Shown: positions 38,819 to 48,839 of the stretch, one piece after another | Layout of the letters: every line of letters begins with the position of its first letter | Numbering within the stretch: the stretch's first letter is position 1 | Source of the DNA: Candidatus Woesebacteria bacterium GW2011_GWF1_31_35 | GTDB lineage: Bacteria > Patescibacteriota > Microgenomatia > UBA8517 | NCBI GenBank assembly: GCA_001029755.1 | Contig: CP011214.1 | Location: 365,767 to 429,766, forward strand | Direction of reading: 5' to 3' | Length of the DNA: 64,000 nucleotides | The notes under the pieces: generated by a model | What the model was told of the DNA's origin: nothing | The model's input: only the letters and a program-made list of their open reading frames with translations | The model's database searches: none | Position numbers and translations under genes: made by a program

Positions 38819-41800
38819 TTAATTATTATTATTTTGTAATTCTATTACCCACCAATTAAATTCAACATCGGTATCTAAAGTATCTAAAAACCCAACTGTA
38901 AAGTAACCAATATCTTTACTCTTAACGTACAAAACTTTATTCTGTGTTGATGAAAGGGGAGTTACATAGATTAAAGTATCATTATTAATCTTAGGATTTA
39001 TTATTTTGACCTCATTAGTACTTGCAGTTAATATTGCTTTTCCAGCTGTTGCATTAGTATTAATTTCCCCAGGCACTATTTGAGCCGAATCTGTAGCAGT
39101 AAGAGGTGCGTCGGCGATAACTACAATATTTCCTTTAAGTTTTAAATTTCCTGCAATTTCCACATTTCCTGAAAATGTTATATCTCCATTTGTTTCAATT
39201 TTTATCTTTCCTGCCATTATTTCAACAGGGGCTAAAGCTAATGATTGAACAGAAAGTGCACTATCTAAAGAATTTATTGATTTAGTTGTTAAATTATCTG
39301 ATACAAATAGAGAAGTTATAGCAGCACTGCCTGTAACAAAGAAATTATTGGTAATTATTTCAGATGAAACAAGTTTATCAATACTTGCTGAAGCTGTAGC
39401 TGTGTTTATATTCCAATTAACACTTTCGGCTAAGATTTTTTGACTTTCATCGACACTTCTTAATAATTCTTCTATTTGATCAAGTTTAGAAGATTCAATA
39501 TTATCAGCATATAATGTTCCTGAAATTGTTGCATCGCTATCTACCTCTAAACTATTTGCAGCAATTTCACCACTAAAACTAGCATTTCCTGAAGCATCAA
39601 TTGAGGCAACTTCCAAGTCATCCACTCCTTTAATGGCAAGTCTTGATGCAACTTGACTATTGTCAGGTTGCAAATCAATTATTAAATCAGTATTGGAAAC
39701 GGGAGAGATTAAATTGGTTTGAACAATTGGAGAAATTATTTTATTTTTAATAATTAAATTATCAACTGTAGCTTGGAAAGCGACAAAGTTTTTGCTAACA
39801 AAATCTGTGGTTTCAATTGCACCAGCTTTAATGTTTGCCACGACCACTTCGGCAAAAGATCCAATCTTTTCAGTAATGCCAGTTGGAGTGGAGACAGTGT
39901 AATTGGCAATTGGATTGCCTGAAAGTGTGATGTCACCAGTATTACTAATGGCAAGATCTGGGTCGTAATAATTGTTGGCTACAAATACTAAAATAGTGTC
40001 AGTAGGATTATCTGGGTCCCAATTTTCAAGAGCCGTACCTACAATTTTTCCTGCTTTAGTGGCCTTAGTGCCACGACCAGGGTTATTTGAAGGTGTAATT
40101 GGATCACCAATATTTATTATATTTGAATTAAAACTGATTTTGACAGGAAGACGTCCAGAAAGAGCTACTGGAAGTGGATGATCCTTCTCTTCTATTGAGT
40201 TTTGACCAGTTGCTGTAAAATCACCCCAATTTTGAGTGACAATACCAATTGGATTGTCCGAAGTTGAGGTAGTTTTTGTAAGTTTAGAAATTTGGCGTGT
40301 TTCTGTAGAAACAATATTTCCGTCTTTATCTGATTTTGAATAAATAGTAGTGGTCATTTCTGGAGAAGTCATGACAATGTCTCCAAAATCCACATCAGAT
40401 TTAGTTGGATAAATCTCAGCATAATCTGTAAAAGGTCCGGCATCACAGTCATAAAGTAGGGTTGCACCTGAGGCATCCCAACATACAACATTGTTCGTTG
40501 TGCCAGTAGTATCAAGGGTTAAATAGATACTACCTGCTCCGGAAGCACCTAAAACAAGTGTTGCTTCAGTTGGAGTGGTGTCACCAATGCCGACATTACC
40601 AGTTCCTTTAATTACCATCTTAGTAGACATTGTTTGTATTCCTAATCCAGAACCTAAAGTTGTTCCATTTTGGAAAAAGATATCACTGAGTCCAGTCCCC
40701 GTGCCTAAACCAGCTTGAATAACCATATTCCCGCCATTAACATTAGAACCGCTATCAACAGTTCCACCAGACGCAATAGTTAATGCTCTACCTGCAGTTC
40801 CAGCGGCAGTATCTTCTATCCAAATTTTCCGTGAGGCAGCATTACCTAAACTAAGAATTTCAGTTGGACTTGTTGTCCCGATGCCGACCTTACCTGATCC
40901 CGGCATGAGGGCAAGATCGGCTGTGGCAGCAGTTATTATTTGATTGGTGGTGGTTGCACCGGAGAAGGTTATGCCTGCACCGGCCCCGGTTAAGGCAATC
41001 GCATTTGTAGCGGCGGTAGAGTTGGTTAATATTCCATTCATGGTGATGGCTCCGATTCCGGTCATATCACCGGTGGTATCGATATCCCAATCATTTGAGT
41101 ACAATGCCAAGGTTCCTGCATTACCAATAGTAACTACATCAACTCCCGTTGCTCCAGTGCCGATATTTATAGTGTCAATACCAGTGCCGGTACCCATGTT
41201 TATAGTTCTGGCTACATTTGAAGCACCAACATTAATGATTTGGGAAGCAGCAATGGAGTCAAGGGTGACAGTTCCTGTAGTAGCCTGAAGAGTTAAGCCG
41301 GTGGCGCCAAGAATAGCCAGTGTTCCGTCAGCATCAATATTGTCTCCATTAACAGATAAGTCCCCGGCTGTAGTAATATTTCCCGTTGCGCCAGCCACCT
41401 GGAAGAGAGAACCGGTGCCGACAGAGAGAGTGGCAGAAGGATTGGTAACACCGATACCGACATTACCGATTTTATCAATTACCATCGCATCTGTCAGTGT
41501 TCCATCTTTATTTATATATAAATCCATCTGGCTGCTAATTCTGCCGGCAGAAACGTCGGTCACTCTGCTCCAACCAATCTGCCCGAGCACAGTATCGCCA
41601 ACAGCGGAAGCGGTCGAACGGACTTCGAATATGCCTCCTATGTTACTGGCGCTAGCACCCGAAGAAGACAAAACTAAAACAGAATTAGTACTAGCACCCG
41701 TGGCAACTTCTAAAATTTTACCGTTAGTATTTCCACTTGTCGGATCCGTTGTTCCAACACCAACATTACCAGTATTTGTTATCACAAATTTTGGAGTTCC

Positions 41801-44497
41801 TGATGCAGAAGCTGTGAACAAATCTCCGGCTTTTGTTGAATTTACTGTTAGTGCAGCTAAAGTGTTGTTTATAGTGTTATTTACTAACCATGACCCATTT
41901 ACCAATTGTTGATAAGAATTAGATGCATCTGGTGCATCTGTTAACATTATTGTTCCAGTACCTACAGAATTCAGTATGTCATTTCCCCCTAATTTTAAAT
42001 CTCCAGAAAGAAAAGTATTAGTTGCTGTTATTGCAATTGTTCCATCAGTATCATTATCAATTTTCTCTCCATATGCAAATGTAATGTCTCCACCTACTCC
42101 TGTTGAAAATGTTAATCCTGTTGTTCCTTGAACTACTAGGTTCTCAGCTAAGGTTAAACCACCTGAAGTGTTAAAATCAGTGTTAGCAGCACCAATATTT
42201 ATAATTGGGAAATTACCTGCATCCATGGCAGTTGTGACTGTTCCAGAAATTAATATACCTGTTGTTAATGTTCCACCTGCATCTGCAATATTAATACCAG
42301 TTGTTATATTACCTGCTGAGTTTGTAATGGTTAGTCCATTAGTCATGTTTGAATCTGCTGCAGAATCAATTTTTATTCCATTTGTAACAACAGTTGTTCC
42401 TGCAGTTGTTGTGTCTAATTGTTGAACTAGAATTAAATTTTCAGTAGCTACATCAGTAAATGATCCTGCTACTGCATTATTAACAACTAATCCATTTTGT
42501 GTTGTTGCTGATCCACCGTTATTGACTAAATTCATAGTCCAGGCATCTAAAGCAGCTGTTGGAGTCCAACCAAAGGTTGTTGCATTAGTTCCCATAGCTA
42601 GTGTTAATGCACCATCTGGAGTTGTTAATGCATTCCATTTCAAAGAGGATGCTACTATTGTTCCTGTTATTGTTCCATTACAAGCTAAGTTTCCGTTTGA
42701 GTTAGTTATTGTACATCCGGTTCCTCCAAAACCTCCTGCAAGATTAACATCACCCGTAGCTGTCCCATTTAGGTTTAGGGCATCTGCTCCTTTACTATCT
42801 ATTGATAGTGCTATATCAGTATCACCACCTGTTGCTGCTAGTATAACAACTCCACCTGTTGCTGCATTTGCTATAGTTAATTCATCTACAGCTGATGCTA
42901 CAGATGTAAATCTTAAAAATTCGTTACCATTAGTGTCTAGGATATCAGCACCTATTAATTTCAAATCACCAGCCATTGTGGTATTTCCTGCATAATCAAT
43001 CGAAAATTTTGAAGTAGGGGAAACACCTGACTGAAAATCAATAAAATTATATCCTGTCGCGGCTGATGCTACTGTTCCACCATACAAAGATCCTGATGTT
43101 ATATTGGCATTAGTTGCATTAATAAATCCATTTACAGCTCCACCTGCTGCTGCACCTTCAAAAGTAAGGTCTAGTGTACCAGTACCATCTGGATTGATAG
43201 TGATTGCACCATTTGTTGTATTTGCAGTTGAGATTGTCATTGCTTGGCCTGTAACAGCAAACGTTCCTGAAGTTGACTCAATTGTTGGTGAGGCTGCTGC
43301 TATTTGTAATTTACCAGTTGAATCAATGTATGGAATTGTTGAAGCCCCAGTTCCTGGAGGAAACCCTTGTAATGTCTCTGAGTTTAGAGCATATCCAACA
43401 GTTGCAATTCTAATTCTTGGAGTTGCCTCTGCATCTGCCCCAATTGTGATTCCTAACCAGACATCAGCATTTTCACTAAAAACTGTAGCTGCAATTGCTC
43501 CACCACAGGTAGATCCTAAAAGTGTGGAGAATATTCCATCTCCATCTGGAGTAATTGAACAAGTTGTAGAATCCCAAAGAGTGGTTCCAGCTGTATCAGC
43601 ATCATATAATTTAAAGACTAAATTTGTAGCTACAATTTTAGGATTACCGAGGTTGTCTGTAAGTCTACCTTGAAAAGATAAAAATCTATTTGGAGTTTCT
43701 AAAGCTGTTGGGTAGGCTGAAAGTTTACTGGCATTTTTAAATACTTGATCATAGATAGCATATCCTGAGATTGAAGTAATAAAAACCAATATGGCTATAT
43801 GAATGTAAGTTGCAACAGGGTATGAATGATATCTTTTGTACCAATTTGGTCTATTAAAGAATACTTTATGAAATACATCTTGTAGTCTTGGTTTTGAATC
43901 TAATTTATTTAAAATTAACTCTTGAATGAATCTATATGGAGAATTTTTAGGGATTTGATTTGTACTTACTGGAAAACTCTTGTTTTGAAACTCATAATAT
44001 TTCTTTAACGAGGCTGAATTTCTATCATAACTTCCCATAGGAAGGTTATTTAAATATTCTTTAGCTCCACCTTCAGTATCTTTCTTCCAAGCTAAAAACT
44101 TTCTAATATCTGAAAGATAATTCTTTCTGGTATTATTTGATACTTTTTGATTTATTAAGAACTTATCAAAATCCAATATTTTATTAGGTTCAACAACTTT
44201 CTTTACTCCGTTAACTGAAACATTACCGATTCCTGCCATGAAAGATTCACCAGTTGACTGAGAAAAACTTCTTAATGTTGATAGTCTTCTGTTAATTGTT
44301 TTTAAAGAAGATAAACCTAATTGAGAAGTAATATATTCTTTTACTAAACTTGAATCAATTATTCTTCCATTAGCCCAATTGAAAAAATTAGTAATATCTG
44401 ATTTGTAATACTTTAAAGAACTAGAAGAAACTCCGTGGGAGGAGAGATATTTTATAAAATCGTTTACTTTTTTACTAACTTCATTTAAATTTAACAT
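38819..44497 (-). CDS. 1892-aa membrane-anchored fibre-like protein with two N-terminal integrase SAM-like domains
   Basis: Two XerC/D-type N-terminal domains, a TM near aa 228-248, a Gly/Thr beta-rich stalk with GNVGIG repeats and a DYAE...PVALSGR intramolecular-chaperone-like domain. Confidence 0.8.
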   Translation of the reverse strand: MLNLNEVSKKVNDFIKYLSSHGVSSSSLKYYKSDITNFFNWANGRIIDSSLVKEYITSQLGLSSLKTINRRLSTLRSFSQSTGESFMAGIGNVSVNGVKKVVEPNKILDFDKFLINQKVSNNTRKNYLSDIRKFLAWKKDTEGGAKEYLNNLPMGSYDRNSASLKKYYEFQNKSFPVSTNQIPKNSPYRFIQELILNKLDSKPRLQDVFHKVFFNRPNWYKRYHSYPVATYIHIAILVFITSISGYAIYDQVFKNASKLSAYPTALETPNRFLSFQGRLTDNLGNPKIVATNLVFKLYDADTAGTTLWDSTTCSITPDGDGIFSTLLGSTCGGAIAATVFSENADVWLGITIGADAEATPRIRIATVGYALNSETLQGFPPGTGASTIPYIDSTGKLQIAAASPTIESTSGTFAVTGQAMTISTANTTNGAITINPDGTGTLDLTFEGAAAGGAVNGFINATNANITSGSLYGGTVASAATGYNFIDFQSGVSPTSKFSIDYAGNTTMAGDLKLIGADILDTNGNEFLRFTSVASAVDELTIANAATGGVVILAATGGDTDIALSIDSKGADALNLNGTATGDVNLAGGFGGTGCTITNSNGNLACNGTITGTIVASSLKWNALTTPDGALTLAMGTNATTFGWTPTAALDAWTMNLVNNGGSATTQNGLVVNNAVAGSFTDVATENLILVQQLDTTTAGTTVVTNGIKIDSAADSNMTNGLTITNSAGNITTGINIADAGGTLTTGILISGTVTTAMDAGNFPIINIGAANTDFNTSGGLTLAENLVVQGTTGLTFSTGVGGDITFAYGEKIDNDTDGTIAITATNTFLSGDLKLGGNDILNSVGTGTIMLTDAPDASNSYQQLVNGSWLVNNTINNTLAALTVNSTKAGDLFTASASGTPKFVITNTGNVGVGTTDPTSGNTNGKILEVATGASTNSVLVLSSSGASASNIGGIFEVRSTASAVGDTVLGQIGWSRVTDVSAGRISSQMDLYINKDGTLTDAMVIDKIGNVGIGVTNPSATLSVGTGSLFQVAGATGNITTAGDLSVNGDNIDADGTLAILGATGLTLQATTGTVTLDSIAASQIINVGASNVARTINMGTGTGIDTINIGTGATGVDVVTIGNAGTLALYSNDWDIDTTGDMTGIGAITMNGILTNSTAATNAIALTGAGAGITFSGATTTNQIITAATADLALMPGSGKVGIGTTSPTEILSLGNAASRKIWIEDTAAGTAGRALTIASGGTVDSGSNVNGGNMVIQAGLGTGTGLSDIFFQNGTTLGSGLGIQTMSTKMVIKGTGNVGIGDTTPTEATLVLGASGAGSIYLTLDTTGTTNNVVCWDASGATLLYDCDAGPFTDYAEIYPTKSDVDFGDIVMTSPEMTTTIYSKSDKDGNIVSTETRQISKLTKTTSTSDNPIGIVTQNWGDFTATGQNSIEEKDHPLPVALSGRLPVKISFNSNIINIGDPITPSNNPGRGTKATKAGKIVGTALENWDPDNPTDTILVFVANNYYDPDLAISNTGDITLSGNPIANYTVSTPTGITEKIGSFAEVVVANIKAGAIETTDFVSKNFVAFQATVDNLIIKNKIISPIVQTNLISPVSNTDLIIDLQPDNSQVASRLAIKGVDDLEVASIDASGNASFSGEIAANSLEVDSDATISGTLYADNIESSKLDQIEELLRSVDESQKILAESVNWNINTATASASIDKLVSSEIITNNFFVTGSAAITSLFVSDNLTTKSINSLDSALSVQSLALAPVEIMAGKIKIETNGDITFSGNVEIAGNLKLKGNIVVIADAPLTATDSAQIVPGEINTNATAGKAILTASTNEVKIINPKINNDTLIYVTPLSSTQNKVLYVKSKDIGYFTVGFLDTLDTDVEFNWWVIELQNNNN

Positions 44498-44952
44498 TTT
44501 CCGCGATTTATTTCCTAGTCTCAGATTATATTGATTATACTGATTATACTAATAATAATATACTGATAACACGTGTCAAGAGGCTATTTAGGCTTGAAAT
44601 TTTTATATTAATTATTGCTTTAATAAACGTATTTCACACAGCTTATAATATAATTTCCGCATACATTTTCTTCAATATATATATCAAAGTATATATTGTA
44701 ATCTTGATATAACAACAATAATATTTGTTATAGGTTCAAAATACCTGTGCGTAATATACTATCTGCGGGAATATGCGGGAATAATTAATAGTGTTAAATG
44801 GTTTAACTTAAATAGCGGAAATCTAAGGCCAGAGCTTTGAATTTGTTTAATGTTAATAATTATCTTTTAAATTCAGTTTTAGCAATTCTTCTTGGTAAGT
44901 GATAAATTAAATCCTTGTTGTTTTTGCCCTATATTATGAGTATATTTATCTA

Positions 44953-45396
44953 ATGGAAGCTAAAGGAGAAAAATCTAATAAATTAATAATATCTGTGTTT
45001 ATTATTACTTTTCTAGTAATTATTTTAATTGTTTTACTTTTCTTTATCAAGAACATAACTTCAGTTTTACCTAAGGCAAAAAATTTAAATTCCGCAGTTT
45101 CTGTTTCTTTTTCAAATTCATATATTTTTGCTTCACCTGTAAGAGCAAAAACTAATGGGGAAGGTATTAGAATTACTGTATTTTTATTGGACGACAATGG
45201 TTTAGGAATTTTTGATAAGAAAGTTATTCTTGGTAATTTAGATAGTCCTATTAAAGTAAAAGATATACAGAGCCTAACTGACGAAACAGGGAAAGCTATA
45301 TTTGATATAAGTTCCAGTTCAAGTGGTGTCTTTTTTATTGAAGCGATTGTTGACAGTAATAAATTACCACAAAGGGTCAAGGTTGTTTTTGATTAA
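44953..45396 (+). CDS. Membrane-anchored Ig-like (Big_1-like) protein
   Basis: TM helix followed by ITVFLLD...TDETGKAIF. Confidence 0.65.
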   Translation: MEAKGEKSNKLIISVFIITFLVIILIVLLFFIKNITSVLPKAKNLNSAVSVSFSNSYIFASPVRAKTNGEGIRITVFLLDDNGLGIFDKKVILGNLDSPIKVKDIQSLTDETGKAIFDISSSSSGVFFIEAIVDSNKLPQRVKVVFD

Positions 45397-45401
45397 TAAT
45401 T

Positions 45402-46172
45402 ATGTTAATTACCACAACTCCTGATATTACTATTAGTGCAACTATAGGAAGTCCGAAGATGGTAATCTATGGATACGCACCCAGTAATTCAAATGTTTTT
45501 TTAAACAGTATCGGGGTATCTTCATATACCCAGGCTGATAATGATGGTTATTATCTTTTTGATGCAGTTTATACATATGATTTTAGTTATCCTGAAATTT
45601 GTGTTCAGGCAGTTGATGAAAAGAAAAGAACAACGCAGCCAACTTGTATTCCACCACTTCCAGCTGAAAAACTGATATATGAAGTTGGTCCCATATTTCT
45701 TTCTCCCACAATCTCTTTAAGTCAAAATAGTGTAGTGAAAAGCGAACAAGCCTATGTGGAGGGAAAGACGTCTCCAAACAAAGAAGTAAATATCTATATT
45801 GCCAAAAATGAAAACTTAAAAAGTTTTTCTTTAGTTGATGCTGTAAATGCTTATTATGTTCCAGTGTTTCAATCGAAATCTAATTCTAATGGCAATTTTG
45901 CTTTCAGTTTGCCCACATCTGATTATTCAAACTATAAAATATTTGTTTCTAGTCGTTTTGGAGATAATTTATCCGCCAAAAGCAATACTTTAACTTTTGT
46001 GGTGACCTCAAAGATAGAATCTTTTCTAGACAGGTTATTAGGATTTATTTTAAAGAACAAATTACTCTCAATAATTATATTGGAGATACTTATCGTCATT
46101 ATACTTATCTTTAAGCTCTTAAAATTGACTACAAGAGGGAAGAAAGATATTCAAAAACAACAAATGATTTGA
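45402..46172 (+). CDS. Hypothetical Ig-like protein with C-terminal TM
   Basis: Beta-rich repeats and a C-terminal hydrophobic helix. Confidence 0.65.
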   Translation: MLITTTPDITISATIGSPKMVIYGYAPSNSNVFLNSIGVSSYTQADNDGYYLFDAVYTYDFSYPEICVQAVDEKKRTTQPTCIPPLPAEKLIYEVGPIFLSPTISLSQNSVVKSEQAYVEGKTSPNKEVNIYIAKNENLKSFSLVDAVNAYYVPVFQSKSNSNGNFAFSLPTSDYSNYKIFVSSRFGDNLSAKSNTLTFVVTSKIESFLDRLLGFILKNKLLSIIILEILIVIILIFKLLKLTTRGKKDIQKQQMI

Positions 46173-47710
46173 AAAATAATCTTAAAAAATTGGTTGAATA
46201 TGTATGCTAAACTTAAACTTGACTTATTAATTGGCGTGGTTATATAATAACTATATATGGAAAATGGCATAATTAAGAGGGATATCTTTGATAAACTTGA
46301 AAGTTTTTTGGGTACAAAAAATATAATTGTACTTCATGGTGCTAGGCAAGTTGGGAAAACTCATATTATGTACTTTATTGAAAAGTTTCTTCAAAAAAGG
46401 GGGGAAGAAACTCACTATATTGATCTTGAAGATTCACGATTTGTAGAGATACTAGACCGAGGTGTTGATTCATTTACTGCGTATCTTAAGGGTGAGGGAA
46501 TTAAAAACAAAGTAACGGTTTTTATAGATGAGATTCAATATCTTCAAGATCCGTCATCTTTTTTAAAATTGATTGTAGATCATCATCCTGAAATTCAACT
46601 TATTGTTTCAGGTTCTTCAAGTTTTAATATCAAATCAAAATTTTCCGATTCATTAGTCGGTAGAACTGTAAATTTTGAGATTTTTCCACTTTCCTTTTCT
46701 GAATTTTTAAGATTCAAAAAGATAAATACTTCAATGACTGACAAGTTACTTAGTTTGTACAATGAATATATGGCCTACGGAGGATACCCAAAAATTGTTT
46801 TAGATGATGATATAAAGCATAAAGAAATTTATTTACAGCAGATAATTGATACCTATATTAGGAAAGATATTTCAGATCTTGCCAATGTCAAAGATACTAA
46901 GAAATTCAATGACTTATTAAAAGTATTAGCATCATTTAGTGGGCAACTTTTAAAAGTGTCTGAGCTTTCAGATATTTGTGGTTTGGCCTTACAAACTATA
47001 AATAGTTATTTAGAGATATTGGAGGAAACATATATTATAAAGCTAGTTTCTCCGTTTTCAACAAGTGCCAAAGTAGAGATAGCTAAAACTCCTAAAATAT
47101 TTTTTTATGATACAGGAATACTCCAAATGCTTTGGTTTAAAAGGCTCCAAAATGGAAATGTTGGAAATATTTTTGAAACCAGTGTCTTTTCCGAACTCGT
47201 TAAAAAGTTTGGGATAGAAAATATTAACTATTGGAGAAATAAAAATATGAATGAAATTGATTTCATCTTAAATAAAAATAATGAAATACTGCCAATTGAG
47301 GTTAAAAGTAATTTTTCTCAGTTTAAAAAATCAAAAATAAATTCATTTTTAGAAAAATATAAAATTAAGGACTTTTATGTAATAGGATTATTAGGAGAAA
47401 AGAACAAAGAATATTACAAATACCCTTGGGAGATTATTTAAACAATCTTAATTTTTTCCATCAAAATTATTTCATAAATGATGAAATAAAATAGTTTGCG
47501 AGTTAAAACAAAGTCTGATAAAAATGGTGATAATCTATCTTCCAAAAGTAATACATTAAACTTTGTAGTTACTTCAAAAACAGAATCTTTTCTAGATAGG
47601 CTACTAGGATTTATTTTAAAGAACAAATTATTCTCAATAATTATATTGGAGATACTTGTAGTCATTATTCTTATCTTTAAGCTCTTAAAATTGACTACAA
47701 AAGGCAAGAA
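45960..47710. repeat. About 185-bp diverged direct repeat (45960-46144 and 47526-47710) flanking the ATPase gene
   Basis: Both copies encode GDNLSxKSNTLxFVVTSKxESFLDRLLGFILKNKL...KLTT and align without gaps. Confidence 0.9.
46257..47441 (+). CDS. AAA_14 ATPase with DUF4143 C-terminal domain
   Basis: GARQVGKT, FIDEIQ, GGYP and EIDFIL...PIEVK. Confidence 0.9.
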   Translation: MENGIIKRDIFDKLESFLGTKNIIVLHGARQVGKTHIMYFIEKFLQKRGEETHYIDLEDSRFVEILDRGVDSFTAYLKGEGIKNKVTVFIDEIQYLQDPSSFLKLIVDHHPEIQLIVSGSSSFNIKSKFSDSLVGRTVNFEIFPLSFSEFLRFKKINTSMTDKLLSLYNEYMAYGGYPKIVLDDDIKHKEIYLQQIIDTYIRKDISDLANVKDTKKFNDLLKVLASFSGQLLKVSELSDICGLALQTINSYLEILEETYIIKLVSPFSTSAKVEIAKTPKIFFYDTGILQMLWFKRLQNGNVGNIFETSVFSELVKKFGIENINYWRNKNMNEIDFILNKNNEILPIEVKSNFSQFKKSKINSFLEKYKIKDFYVIGLLGEKNKEYYKYPWEII

Positions 47711-47753
47711 AAGGCATACAGAAAGAGATTATCTAAAGTATATTACTTCTTAA
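47526..47753 (+). pseudogene. Orphan 3' fragment duplicating the end of gene 45402..46172
   Basis: Near-identical C-terminal peptide with no convincing start. Confidence 0.75.
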
Positions 47754-47755
47754 TT

Positions 47756-48793
47756 TTATTTTAATGTGTAATAGGTTGATCTTCCTTTACCTTTACGTTC
47801 GATTAGTTCTAAATCAAGCAGTTTTCGAAAGTCGATTGTGCGTGTTGCCTTGGCTCTATTTGTTAGTTTTGCGTAATTACGATCAGTGATAAAACCATTA
47901 TTTTTAATATAATCAACAATTTTTTTGTGAAATGGTTCAAGTTTGGCATTTGGTGTTTTTTCTAATTTAGGTAAAAGTTTTTGAACACGTAGGAGTTCGT
48001 CAATTAAACCGTCAGTAAAATATTCAAGCCAGGAGGTAAAATCGATAGAATCTTTTATCTCGTTGTAATCACCATATTCTCCAACTGTTTGAAAGTACTT
48101 AGTAATATTTTGATTGTAATAGTTTTCGAAACTAAATAAATTAAAAGTATTAAGTCCCATTTTAGCTAGTAGTATTTTTGTAGCTAGACGAGTAGTTCTA
48201 CCATTGCCATCCATGAATGGATGGATAATAACCATTTGTTTATGAAATATTCCTGCAATTATTAAAGGGTTAATTTTATTACTATTTTCATTTGTAAATT
48301 TAATTAAATCTTTGACAAGATTTTTAACTATTTCAAAATCAGGGGGCAGATATACTATTTTGCCTGTTCTTGGATCATTTACGATGACAGGTTTTAGTCG
48401 GATTTTTCCAGATTCATTGTTTGGAAGAAGATCTTTAGTGATTTGTATATGAATATCAAGTATAAACTTAAGTGTTAATTCAAGCTTTTTTGAACGAAGT
48501 AATTTATTAAAGTTTTCTAAAGCTACATTATAGTTAAGAACTTCTCTTTCACTGTCTCGAATGTTAACCGGTTTTGATTTTAGTATATTTTTAACTTCCG
48601 TAAGTGGCAATGGATTGCCTTCAATGCTGGTTGAAGAATATGAAGAAACTTCTTGTGCTTTTTTTTCAAATTCGACCAAGACGATTTTTGAAAACTGACG
48701 CTCATTTAAATCTCTAACAAGATTGTTAATTTTGGTGATATTACTTAAGAGCTGATCGGTGATAGAATATTTTGGAGTAAACATACTAGTCAA
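47756..48793 (-). CDS. Fic family protein with C-terminal wHTH
   Basis: HPFMDGNGRTTR catalytic motif and STSIEGN inhibitory motif. Confidence 0.92.
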   Translation of the reverse strand: MTSMFTPKYSITDQLLSNITKINNLVRDLNERQFSKIVLVEFEKKAQEVSSYSSTSIEGNPLPLTEVKNILKSKPVNIRDSEREVLNYNVALENFNKLLRSKKLELTLKFILDIHIQITKDLLPNNESGKIRLKPVIVNDPRTGKIVYLPPDFEIVKNLVKDLIKFTNENSNKINPLIIAGIFHKQMVIIHPFMDGNGRTTRLATKILLAKMGLNTFNLFSFENYYNQNITKYFQTVGEYGDYNEIKDSIDFTSWLEYFTDGLIDELLRVQKLLPKLEKTPNAKLEPFHKKIVDYIKNNGFITDRNYAKLTNRAKATRTIDFRKLLDLELIERKGKGRSTYYTLK

Positions 48794-48839
48794 ATAATAG
48801 CCGATTATTAGTCGATTGTCAAGTATTTAAGAGGGGACT

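Noticed and set aside
39972-43673. Several long plus-strand ORFs opposite the 1892-aa gene
   Set aside because: Antisense shadows of Gly/Thr/Ala-rich coding sequence.
43990-44497. Giant protein as an active tyrosine integrase marking a prophage
   Set aside because: No catalytic R-H-R-Y domain follows the SAM-like repeats, and no phage structural genes are nearby.
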